Shown here: piece by piece, positions 48,634 to 64,000 of the stretch
Numbering within the stretch: the stretch's first letter is position 1
Layout of the letters: every line of letters starts with the position of its first letter
Source: the human T2T-CHM13v2.0 reference genome, Homo sapiens
Reading direction: 5' to 3' (one strand)
DNA length: 64,000 nt
NCBI RefSeq assembly: GCF_009914755.1
Contig: NC_060925.1
Translations under genes and position numbers: made by a program
The notes under the pieces: generated by a model
The model's database searches: none
Told to the model about the DNA's origin: nothing
The model's input: only the letters and a program-made list of their open reading frames with translations

Positions 48634-49315
<682 letters not shown>

Positions 49316-51745
49316 TTACTTTGTCACAGTGTTCATTTCTTCTTGTGATTCTCCCCACCTCATAAATGATTTTTTAAATTTCACATACATTAAGGTAATT
49401 CTTTGTGCTCTAAAACTCTATAGAATTTGACAAATACTTAACGTTTTGTATTCACCATTATATTATCACACAGAAGTTTCACTGCCCTATAAATTTTCCT
49501 GTGCCTCACCTATTTAACCTTCACTTCCTTCCCCAGAACCTCTGGCATCTACTAATGTGTTTAAGGTCTTTTAAGTTTTATCTTTCCCAGAATGTCATAT
49601 AATTGGAAGCATATATTATACAGCTTTTTTTCTGGCTGGCTTCTTTCACTTCATAATATGCATTTAAGATTCTTTTATTTTCATAATTTGATATCTCATT
49701 TCTTTTTATTGATAAGAAGCTATTCCATTGTATGGATGCAACACAGTTTGGTTATCCGTTCACCTATTAAAAGACATCTTCCTTGCTCCCAGTTGTGGGT
49801 GATTATGAATCAATCTGTTACAAATATTTGCATGCAGGTTTTTGAGTGGACATACATTTTCAAATCAGTTGGGTAAGAATTTAGGAACGTGATTGCTGGA
49901 TTACATGGTAAGATTATGTTTAGTTTTGCAAGAAAGTGTCAAATTATCTCCCAAAGTGGTTGTCCCATTTTACATTCCCACTACCTGTGAATGTGAGTTT
50001 ATTTCGCTCTGCAAACTTTCCAGCAGTCAGTATTATCAGTTATTTGCATTTTGAATATTCTAATAAGTGTGTAGCGGCATCTCACTGCCGTTTTAATTTC
50101 CAATCCCCTACTGACATATCATGTTGAGCACCGTTTCATATTTTTATTTTCCATCTGTATATCTTTTTTTAAGGTGTCTGTTCAAATCTTTTGCCCACTT
50201 TTGAACTGGGTTGTTTTCTTGTTGAGCTGTAAGAACTCTCTGTACATTTTAAATACAAGTTCTTTGTATATTTTGATATTATCAGATGTCTATTGTTCAA
50301 ATTTTTCTCACAATTTGTGGTTTATCTTTCCTTCCTTTGAACCATGTCTTTAGCAGATCAGAGGTTTTCAATTTTAGCAAGTCCAACTTGTTAATTTTTT
50401 ATTCCATGGATAGTGCCATTGAAAAACACATCATCAAACCCAAAGTCATGCAGATTTTCTCCTATTTTTTTTCAAGTAGCTTTATAGTTTGGCATTTTAT
50501 GTGTATGTCTATTTTCAGCTAACTTTTGTATAAAGTGTAATGTCTCTGTCTAGGTTCATTTTTTTGCATACAGTTGTTCAATTTATCCAGCACTTTTTAC
50601 TGAAGGCGGCTATCTTCTCTCCATTAAATTGTCTTTGCCCTGTCATCAAAGTTCAGTTGACTATATTTATGTGGATCTATTTCTCTTCTCTATATTCTGT
50701 TTCACTGATCTGTGTGACTATCTTCAATTGATAATATGCTGTCTTGATTACTATAGCTGTATAATAAGATTTGAAATTGGGTAGTGTCGTTCCTCCAAAT
50801 TTGTTCTTCTTCTTTAATATTGTGTTGGCTACTCTAGATCTTCTGCCTTCTCATATAAAGTTTAGAATTAGTTTGTTGCTATCTACAATAACCTTCTGGG
50901 ATTTTGATTGGGACTGCATTGAAAAAAGCCAGGGAAAATCTGTATTCCATTTTAAAAATTATTTTTAATTATGGTAAAATACACATTACACCAAATTTAC
51001 CATCTTAGCTATTCTTAAGTGTTCAGTAAGTGGTGTTAAGTATATTCTCATTTAGCACGCAACCAAACCACAGAACGTTTTTATTTTGCGAAATTGAAAT
51101 TTTATACCCACTAAACAAGACTTTCCCATTTCACCTTTTTCCCCTGGTAACTATCATTCTACTTTCTGCCTCTATGAATTTGTCTTCTAGGTATCTCATG
51201 TAAGTTGAATCATACAATATTTGTCTTTTGTGACTGGCACATTTCACTTAGCATAACTTCCTCAAGTTAGTCATTGACTTCTTATGTTAGTCTTGTATCC
51301 CATGACCTTGCAATGCTAACTTACTTCCATAAATTGGTTTGTTTTGTTTGTCAATTCTTTGAGATGTTCTACATAGAAAATTGTATCTTCTGCAAATAGA
51401 GTTTAATTTTTTCCTTTCTAACCTGTAACTTTTTTCTCGTTCTTGTGTTATTGCACTACCTAAGATTTCCAATACAGTGTTGAATAGGAGTGGTAATAGA
51501 GGACAACCCTGCTTTGTTTCCAAGCTCAGAAGAGCATGCCATTTTCATCATTCTGTGTGATGTTAGTTAGCTGTATGTTTTCTGTAGCAATTCTATGTTA
51601 AAGAAGTTTTACTAATTCATAATTTGCTGAGAATTTTTATCATAAATGGGTGTTTGATTTTGTCAAACTTTTTTTCTGAATCAATATAATCATATGGCTT
51701 TTCTTCTTTAGTCTGCTGATGTGCTAAATTATATTGCTCAGTTTA

Positions 51746-52217
<472 letters not shown>

Positions 52218-53077
52218 TTATCTGATTTTGACTAGGATAATGCGGGCCTCATAGAATGTGCTAGGAAGTGTTCCACTGCTTCTATGTTATGGAAGAAATT
52301 GTGGAAAACTAGTATCAGTTATTCCTTCAATGTTTGATATAATTTACCAGTGAAACCACCTGGACCTGATGTTTTCTTTTTTGGAAGGTTAATAATTAAT
52401 GATTTAATTTATTTAATATATAGAACTGTTCAGCTGATCTATTTCTTCTCTGTGAATTTCGGCAATTTGTATTTTTCAAGGAATCAGTCCTTTCATCAAA
52501 ATCATCCAATTTGTGAGCATGGATTTATTCATATTATCTTTTTATTATCATTCTAATGTCCAAGGGATGATTAACATTCTTTCATTTATAAAATTGATAA
52601 TTTGTCTCCTCTCTGTTTTTCTTGGTTAGCCTGAATCATTAATTTTACCAGTCTTTTCAAAGAATCAGCTTTCGATTTTATTAATTTTTCTCTATTGTTT
52701 CTTGTCTTCAAATTCATTCATTTCTGCTCTAATTTTTATTATCCCTTTTCTTCTGCTTCCTTCAGGCTTAATTTGTTTGTCTTTCTCTAGTGTGCTAAGG
52801 TGGAACGCTGGGTTATTGATTTTAGCTCATTTTCTTTTCTAATGTAGACATGTTACTAAAACTTTCCCACTATGCACTCTTGCTGCACCCCACACATTTT
52901 GACAAGTGGCATTTTCATTTTCATTTGTCCTAAATATATAAAAACTTTTCTTTACACTTCTTGATTCCTTATTTAGAACAGTTTTTGTTTCATTTCCGAA
53001 TATACTGTAATTTTCCAGCTTTCAGTTATTGATTTCTGGTTTAATCCCACTACGGTCAGAAAACATACTTTGTATGA

Positions 53078-53494
<417 letters not shown>

Positions 53495-54189
53495 TACCAT
53501 TCAGTTTTGCTAACAATATTTACATTGCTATGCAACCAATCTACAAAAGAAGTTTTTATCTTGTAGAACTGGAAATTTTTACCCATTAAACAACACCCCA
53601 TTTTCCTCTCCCCAGATTCTCTAGTTACCACTGTTCTACTTTCTGCTTTTGTAAGTTTGACTATTCTAGATACCTTATGTAAGTGTAATCATACAGTATT
53701 TGTTCTTTTGCGACTGGCTTGTTTCACTTAGCAAAATGTCCTCAAGGATAGTCTATGTTGTAGCATATGTCAGAATTTCCTTCCTTTTTAACGTTAAATA
53801 ATATTCAATTGTATATAACGTATTTTGTTTGTCCATTTATCTGTCAATTGACATTTGGGTTGCTTTTACCTCTTAACTATTGTGAATAATACTGCTTCAA
53901 TATGGGTGTGCAAATATTTCAAGAGTCTGTTCTCACATTGCTATAAAGAAATACCTGAGACTGGGTCATTTATAAAGAAAAGAGTTTTAATTGGCTCGTA
54001 GTTCTGCAGGCTATACAGGAAGCATAGTGGTTTCTGCTTCTGCGGAGGCCTCAGGAAGCATCCAATCATGGCAGAAGGCAATGGGGGAGCAAGGCCAGGT
54101 GACTTGCTTTGGCCAGTGAAAGGTGAGTGAAGGGACAAGTCTTGGGACCCCTGTGCACTGTTTGCCACATCCCTTCCACCTGCCGGAAA

Positions 54190-54385
54190 GATGAGGTTCT
54201 CAAACTCCAGGGTACACTAGAATCACTCTAGGGGTTTGTTGAAAGCTGCTGGGGTCCACTCCCAGCATTTCTAATGCAGTATTGCTGTGGGCAGAGGAGT
54301 GGAGGTAGGGGGCTGAGAATTTGCATGTCTAACAAGTTTCTGGTGATGTTTATATTGTTGATCTAGAGAACACATTTTAGGAACT
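54190..54385. mobile_element. MER5A-like DNA transposon
   Basis: ggttctcaaact...gaatcac...gaatttgcatgtctaacaagttt. Confidence 0.6.
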
Positions 54386-54431
54386 AGAGTCATAGAAGGA
54401 TCCTCCCTGGGCCAGGGTCTCTGAGTGATAC

Positions 54432-54573
54432 CTTCCTATTGAACCATGTTTAAGATGAAGGTTGGGTGGGGAATAAACATTTTTCTGTTCCCATTTCACT
54501 GTGGGATTTTGATGTTTATAGGTGAAAGAACATATCCCACACAGAAGCATAAATCTCTCACAACCAGCAGGAC
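54432..54573 (-). pseudogene. Candidate LU-domain pseudo-exon, LY6G5-like
   Basis: LLCGIC... then, after one frameshift, (C>S)EMGTEKCLFPTQPS(C>S); flanked by a branch point/acceptor and a donor. Confidence 0.5.
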
Positions 54574-55088
54574 CTCGAGAAAGAAACACCATTTTGATTA
54601 GAGGGGCTTTAGTTTTCCCTGGGCTCCAGGTACACAAATCCACACGGAATTAATGGTGCAGAGCTGTAGAGAGGCTCTCAGCCATGTCCTAAGGCACATT
54701 CTCCTCAGTCCTCTCCCACCTGGTACATAGGATACCTACTTCCAGGGGGAAATCCAAGATTTCCTGGGAAGACAACTCCTTTCCCCTGTGCCTTCCACGG
54801 GTCCTGCCTATAGCTTGAGTTCACTCACAGAATCTGGTTTCCTATTGTTGGATATCAAACACTGTTGGAGCCAACAGAGGGTGGGACCTGTCTGAAACAA
54901 GACTCATCAGTGATCTTCCTGATCAGAGCCATAAACCTCTGGCCGGCAGTCAGCTGAAGGATTCAGGCAGCACTGGGAACAGCCACTTCACCTAGGAACT
55001 TGGAGATAGGTCAAGATAAGGAGGGCTGTAAATCTAACTCGGGCTCAGCTAGAGTCCTGGCACGTATGAGTATCATTTGTGCTACCAG

Positions 55089-56874
<1,786 letters not shown>

Positions 56875-58859
56875 CTAAATATATTTTTAACCAACCCAGA
56901 AAAAATTAAAAAGTATATCCCAGGTGGCAGGTGAACTAAATACCTGGTTCACTTTATTTAACCTCGGGTTTGTTTTTGTTAGTGTTATGAAGACGTAGCT
57001 CCCCTCCTCCTAAGGCCTCATGCCCTTTTCTGTTAACAGTCCCTTCCAATGGGGCAGCCATGGTCACTATTGCCAGATGCAACTGTTTGAGGGAATGGAG
57101 AGGATTGTAATCTGAGGCTTCTGAAATTGTAAAGTGAAAGAGGAGATCTGGTAAAAGGGGCGAAGATCAGCTGAAGGAAGGTCAGATGTGAGTACAGCAG
57201 CAACGGTTACATTCCCACCCTGGGCTGCAGAGGCAGGTGGGCTGCAGAGGCAGGTGGGCTCCTGGCCTCTCTCTCCAAGTGGAGTGGGAGGCTGAAACCA
57301 TAGCAACACTGAGGTTAGCACACAAGGCAGGTGACATTAAGCAACATCCTCTCCTTCTTCCCTAAACCACAGCAGCCCCTGCGAACCTGTACAGCTCCAT
57401 GAGCCTCCTCCAGCCTTCACTGCTGCCCCAGGCCCCCAGGCCCTTAAGAATTCCTGCTGGAAAAAAGCAGGCCGTGGCACAACTGAGATTTCCTTGTGTC
57501 AGTGTGAAGATGATCCAGCTCTTCTGCATGTTATTGCAGAAATCATAGAGACGAAACAGGATGGGGTGGCCTGGAAGGAGCATGGAAGATGAAGCCGCAG
57601 CTGAGGAAGAAGGCAGCTCTGCTGCTCCACTCTACCCTAGACCAAGAAGGTTCCTCTTTTCTAAATGGGGAAGAAACTCATTTTGACACTCCCTTCCTCC
57701 TATGTTTGAATAAATCAAGAAGCGTATCTGCACTGTGCAGTGAAAGCCACCTGCCTGCCTGGAGAAAGAGAAACTACTGCCCAGCACTCTGAGCTCTTCG
57801 ACCTCTGGACGATGATCATCTCACACCCAAGCAGAAATATCCAGCAGCCCTCTGCTCCCTCCGGGCTGGGTCCTAACCAACTCTGGACTTGCTCAGGTTT
57901 CTCATGCTCCAACCCCTAACCCTGTCTGCAAACACATGCACCATTTCACATCATCCATCAGAACTCTTCGCATGGCCCAGCCTCCACTGCCAGCTGTATA
58001 ATTTTAGTGCTTTAGATAACCTTAGAGGTTATCTACTGAGTCTGTCCACACTTCCGGCAGATTGGAACACTGAGGCCCAGAGGAGCTGAGTGAATTGTCC
58101 CTGTGCACATAACCCCTTGTGGCAGGGGCAGGCCAAGGGCAACCCTCTCTGAATAGTGTGGTCAGTGTTTTTAACACCGAAGCTCTCAAAAGAACTAATG
58201 TTTACTGAGCACCTAGAATGAGGGTGACCATATGTCCTAGATCACCCAAGTCAGTCCCAGGCCACACCTGCCCCCTTTCACACTCAGCTGTCCCAATTTA
58301 GACTATGCATCACGTATGGTCCCTGTACATATGTCTATTGTGTTATGTGTTGAGTGAGATGGAGTCAAGGATGATACTGACCCCTTCTTCTGAGGACTTA
58401 GGACCAACAAGAGACATGTCTACAACAACCGGCCCATTCTTCAGTAAGTCAAAAGAGCCATGGGGAACTTGAGAGTGATAAGGATTAATTCAGACTGGGC
58501 TAGAGAGGTGCCTGTGGTTGAATCCCAGCTCATGTGGACTTTTGACCACATGATCTGGTCCTCAAACCACAGGCAGCAGTTTGACAGTTTGAGAAGGGAG
58601 GAAACTTGTGCCAAGGGTAGCACAAGCAGAAGTAAGTCAGTAGACAGCTGTTTGGTGAAAATTTCCACATTCCAGGTCCTGAGAACACCAAGATGGGTGA
58701 GACACAGGCCCTGGGAGCTCAAGACAGATTTGGGAAGAGTGAGGATTGGGAGCCAGGCACCACTTCTCCAGTCTGAGACCAAGGGGCTGGTTCAGAGCTT
58801 CGGAGAGCAATGCCCAGCTGTAACCTCCCAGATTTTTCCTTGACTGCAGCCCTCATTAG

Positions 58860-59161
58860 TTATTTATTTACTTATTTTTAGAAATAGGTTGTCCCTCTGT
58901 CACCCATTCTGAAATAGTGGTGTGATCATAGCTCACTGCAGCCTCAAACTCCTGGGCTCAGGAGATCCTCCCACTAGCCTCAGGAGTAGCTAGGACTACA
59001 GGTGCATGCCATCACGCATTGCTAATTTTTTTACTTTTTGTAGAGTCGGGTTCTCACTATGATGCTGAGGCTGGCCTCAAACTTGGTCCTCAAGTGAGCC
59101 TCCCACCTTGGCCTTCCAAAGCATTGGGATTACAGCTGTGAGCCATTGCTCCTGGCCTGGT
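58860..59161 (-). mobile_element. AluJ
   Basis: Diverged dimer. Confidence 0.85.
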
Positions 59162-59793
59162 TATGTATTTTTCACTGCCCTGCACCACCTGTGCACACCT
59201 GCATTCCTTACCTGGAAGACCCACCCATGGCATTACAGTTTATAGTGTTCCTAACAAGGCCTACCACAGTGTTTGTACACTGAAAGATCCTGGTGAACAT
59301 TTCTTAGTAAACTACACATATCCATTTGCCAGCCAGTGTATGGTCTCCTGGTTCCCTTATCCCAGGGCATGAGCAATGTGTTGCAGCCTGGGGCTCAGGA
59401 ATGGTGAGCAGGCGTGGGTGGAGAAATTTATAAAGAGGCTGTGGAAAGGGAGAGGGAAAAGACACTAGGGAGGCCAAGGAAGGAGGTGAGCTCTGAGGAG
59501 AACAGGGTACATCTACATATCGAACATCTTACCTCCTGAGACCAGCTGCGCTGCAGACTTGAGCCAGCTCTCACACGCAATAGGTGATTCCGAGGACACA
59601 CGGGAATGCAAGAGGCCCATGACAAGTACAAATAGGGTTCCATTCTGATGTATACACACCCCCACCCTTCTATGTGCAGTTTTTCAGGCCCTTCTGCAAA
59701 GTGCCCATGAGGCTGACCACGCAGGCTTGGAGGGTCAACACGCAGTGCGCGCAGGGAAATGCAGAGCCCAGGCTCTGCGCACTTTCTGGTAGC

Positions 59794-59810
59794 TGCTGCC
59801 CCCTGCTGAC
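59794..59810 (-). promoter_or_regulatory. Candidate CTCF site GTCAGCAGGGGGCAGCA
   Basis: Close match to the CTCF core consensus; motif only. Confidence 0.5.
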
Positions 59811-59934
59811 ACAGCAAGACCTTGACAGCCCAAGAAGGTCATCTCCGCTCTTCCTGCCAGGCAGAGTAGGAGCATCTACAGATGGGTTGATTCCACACCC
59901 CACAAATACGTACAATTACAATATGTCAATTTTA

Positions 59935-60556
<622 letters not shown>

Positions 60557-62929
60557 TTAAAAATTAAATTTTTAAAAAGGCAGTGGGGTTGTCATGCTTG
60601 TCAAAAATCATATCCAGATGAGGAGGGAAACACAACCCTTTCATAGAGTCCACTTGCCTAGCGCAAGATGGGATGAAGCCTCCGTGAGTTAAGCACTCCG
60701 AGGCTGTGAAGAGGTGCTAACAGGAATCGCTGCACCTCAGATCCACTGATGTAGCAGCATGCCACACATGCCTCTATGCTCCCATTTTATAGGCGATAAA
60801 ATTGAAGCGTCATGAAATTTGAGAATTCCCATAGAGATGTGATCCTGGGATTGTGCATCACCAGGTCCTGACCTCCAAACTGCTGTACTGATAAACCCAC
60901 CTGATACAGCTGTGGGCTAAGAGAAGGGGCAAGAAGCAAAAGCACATTTCCTGAGCATCTGTTGGTGAGAGCCTGTGTCAGGTGTTGGGTAGACTGAGGC
61001 CCCAGCCCCACACTTGAGGAAGATGAAGATCAGAACAATTCATTACCAACAGGCCAATGTAACATGTAACATGACACAGTACAGGAATGGGGGATGGGGC
61101 CCTATGTCCCCCACACCTTGACCATCTCTTCCTCACCTTAAACAAAATTTCTCGACCCTCTTTGCTGGGAGAAGGAGCTAAGAAACAGTATTCCCACTTC
61201 TCATCTCTTCTTCCCAGCAAAACTTCCTCGGAGATGACTACCTCCACTTCCTCACCTCCTGTTCCTGTGAGCCCAGTGGTTCAAGCGTTTGGACTCTAGA
61301 GTCCAAGTGCCTAGTGGGAGCCGCCTCCGTTACCTTCAGCAAGGCTGAGTACCCCCCATTGTGCCTTATTTTCTTACCGTGGAAAGGAAATCATAGTGTT
61401 TATCTGTCCTATAACATTGTTGTAGAGATTAATTAGGGGCGTTCCTGGTACGTGAAATGCACTGGATGAGTACAAGTTACTACAACGAGGGTGGGAGGGA
61501 GGGAGCTCTTCGGCTTCTGTCTTCTTCTCCTTAGAAGTACCATTGGCTCTAACCTTCCTGGTCTCTCTTCCCGCCTGCCGCATCTTCTAGGTGATTTTGC
61601 AAGGAGAAACGCACGTGCATGGCATAGCCCTTCTTTTCTAGGGCTCTTCTGTACCAGGAGCCTCACAGGTCCTGCCTGCCAGTGACTGGGTAGGGAAGTC
61701 CAGCACTGTGTGTCATCTCAGAAAGCCCTTCATTAGGACTATAATACTGTATTATAGACTGAAAATTTGCTGAGAGTAGATTTTAGGCGGTTTCACAACA
61801 AAAAAGGGGGGAGGTAACTGCAAAATGATAGGCCAATTTGATACCTATTTCATTATGTGCATCAAAATACCATGTTGTTCACCTCCTATACATACAATTT
61901 AAAAAATTTAAAAAGCCCACTCACCCAAAAACATATGCTATGCATTTTCATAGCAGCTTTTCTAGTAATAAAATATTATGACACCCATCTGCCAAGTCAG
62001 GGAAGGCAATCTCAAACTCCTGGACAGCACCCATCCAAAGGCACAGTGAGTGCTCAGCACATAGCGGCCCCAGATGGCCCCTCAGATGGCGTCCACAGCC
62101 ACCAGGGTCACTGCTCTGATTGCGTGCCTCCAATTCTTGGCCTTCACCCTGCCCCTTGACCCCAAGGTTTCTGGTCTTCCTCCCTGCCAGCACCTTCTTC
62201 TTCCCTTGGCTGACCTCTTCTCAACAAAACTCCAAATACTGGTACACTCCAAGTGCAGCTCAGGCTAAACAAAGCCTTTTGCTCTTCTTCAAAGCTCCTG
62301 GAGTTCACATCCCTATCCAATCTCCCACCTGTGAGTTCAAGTGCCCTCAAACCCCTCCCATCCCCCAGCCAGTCAAGCCCTGACTTGGAAGTCACCTTTT
62401 ATCTAGGTTTTAATTTCAGAGAAACAACGGATAATTCATAATGTAAGTACATCCTAAACACTGCAGCAGACAAAAATACTGCCTATCTGAAATTTCAGTG
62501 GGTTCACTGTATTGATAAATCTGGCATCACTACTTGTGTCCCTTCTCTACATTCATGCTCACATCCAGACACATCTAAGATCCCAACCCTCTGGCACTCT
62601 CATCTCTTAGCTCAGACAGAGCCCACTCCACCCCGCAGGCCCCTTTCTACCAAACCCTCTCCTGGCACCCATCACCTCACACAGCATGGCCCCATGAGGC
62701 ACCAACTCCTCCCCTGCTTCTCTACACTTGCCCTGTACATGACCACCCTGGCCATGGGGCCTTCCACCCCCGCAAGAGCATGCATAGCGCAGCTCACTCA
62801 ATCTGGTCCTTCACCTCCCTTCCCTGACCACACCATCTAAAAAGCCTGCCGCCTAACCCTGCTCTTCCCTTGCCCAACCCTTGCCTCATCTTTGCCCCTT
62901 TTCTCTTCCTCCAGCAAGGACAGTAGATG

Positions 62930-64000
62930 TTAACTGTTACATAAACTACTTTATTTAAATAAAACCAGGAAAGACCCTTTCCCCCTTACACACCAGCACA
63001 TGCACACACGCACACCCACACCCTCCCTCCCTTTCGGCTGTCTGCCCATGGCCACCTCAAACCCCGAGGTTCTCATTGTGACCAACCTCCCTCAACCTGT
63101 AGACCCCCGTGCAGAGTCCAGTTGCCCACGCATCCCGGTTGCTGGCAGAACATGGGCCTAGAAAAGAGCACTCCATCTTCCTGGGGTGGGTCAAAAGGAA
63201 GGACTGGTTCTCCCAAGGCACCCAGATCTGGTGTGGCTTCCCTACAAACTGGGAGCACTGCCAGGCAGCTGGAGCTGCTCCCTGCGGAGGGCAGAACTTT
63301 TCACCCCAAGCCAACCCCTCCCTGTAACAAAGGAAGTAAGAGGGTTGGCAGCCAAGCTTCAGTGTGCCCCGAGGGATCCTGCAGTAGGTATTTTCAGTTT
63401 GGGGAAGAGCAAGGGAGAGCAATTGAGCACCAAATTCCCTAACCCCGTCCTGCAGGAGGGTGCTGAGTCAGTTCAGCATCCTCTACCCAGAAAAAGTAAA
63501 CACAACTGTGCAGCAAGAGTGAGGGTGGGAATGACAGGGGCCTAAGCCTTCAGGACCTCATGACTTCACCCCCAACATGGGCCCTCTTAGGGACCCACTA
63601 GCACCTTGGCAATGTTGAGGACCCAGCCCAGCGGAAACACCATACCCACAGGAGCCAGTCTGGAGTTGGTGATGCTCCCTATGTTGACAGTGGGGTTGGG
63701 TTTCTCTCCCTGACACCAGCTTCCTGCAGGCCCTGTAAGTTCTGCTTTGGGGCACACATCGCAGAGTGCCTCAGGTCATGAAAGGGAATGCTGAAGGGAA
63801 AGGTGGTGTCTTCCGGAGGCACACAGTACATCTTACAGGTTACACACGGGCAGGCTGGAGCAGGACGGGGGGCAGGGCTCAGCAGCATACCTAGGGTACC
63901 CTCCAGAGTTGCCTTGGGAAGGGGGGCGGGGCTGGAAACCAACGGGAGGGGTGACTGTCCATCCCCTCCGACGGGAGTACTCAGGCCCAGCACCCATTTT
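62930..64000 (-). other. SH3BP5L: Probable 3' UTR end of SH3BP5L
   Basis: Repeat-free GC-rich sequence ending at a minus-strand AATAAA; gene name rests only on recalled gene order, as no coding sequence is visible. Confidence 0.55.
62950..62955 (-). terminator. Polyadenylation signal AATAAA
   Basis: tttatt on +. Confidence 0.6.

Noticed and set aside
61374-61583. Good donor ACG|GTAAGA and a short ORF upstream of the LU fossil
   Set aside because: Lies within a MIR-like element.
63057-63993. Overlapping 60-120 aa ORFs at the right end
   Set aside because: No recognisable homology; expected by chance in GC-rich UTR sequence.

Overview
Primate (almost certainly human) genomic DNA, which I recognise as the distal chr1q44 interval. 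It runs from the 5' two-thirds of LYPD8 (minus strand; TATA box, 2 non-coding and 3 coding exons located at base level) to what is probably the 3' UTR of SH3BP5L (assigned from gene order only). Most of the window is interspersed repeat: a full-length dead L1PA nested in an L1PB, about 18 Alus, MaLR/ERV LTRs, old L1M, and a processed DPY19L4 pseudogene. There are four minisatellites and a ~2.2 kb CA-rich tract. Main finding: the unique sequence between the two genes holds minus-strand exon fossils of at least three further Ly6/uPAR (LU, three-finger) genes. One is a three-exon LY6G5/PATE/ACRV1-like gene (57.4-61.0 kb), one a single-domain LYPD8 paralogue (37.6-40.7 kb), and one an isolated LY6G5-like exon (54.4 kb). 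Second finding: the 31-bp VNTR at the window start reiterates the LYPD8 exon-5 splice donor about 17 times in stop-free sequence. Protein comparisons and repeat subfamily names are from memory and hand translation; no database was searched, so I cannot say whether the fossils are already annotated.
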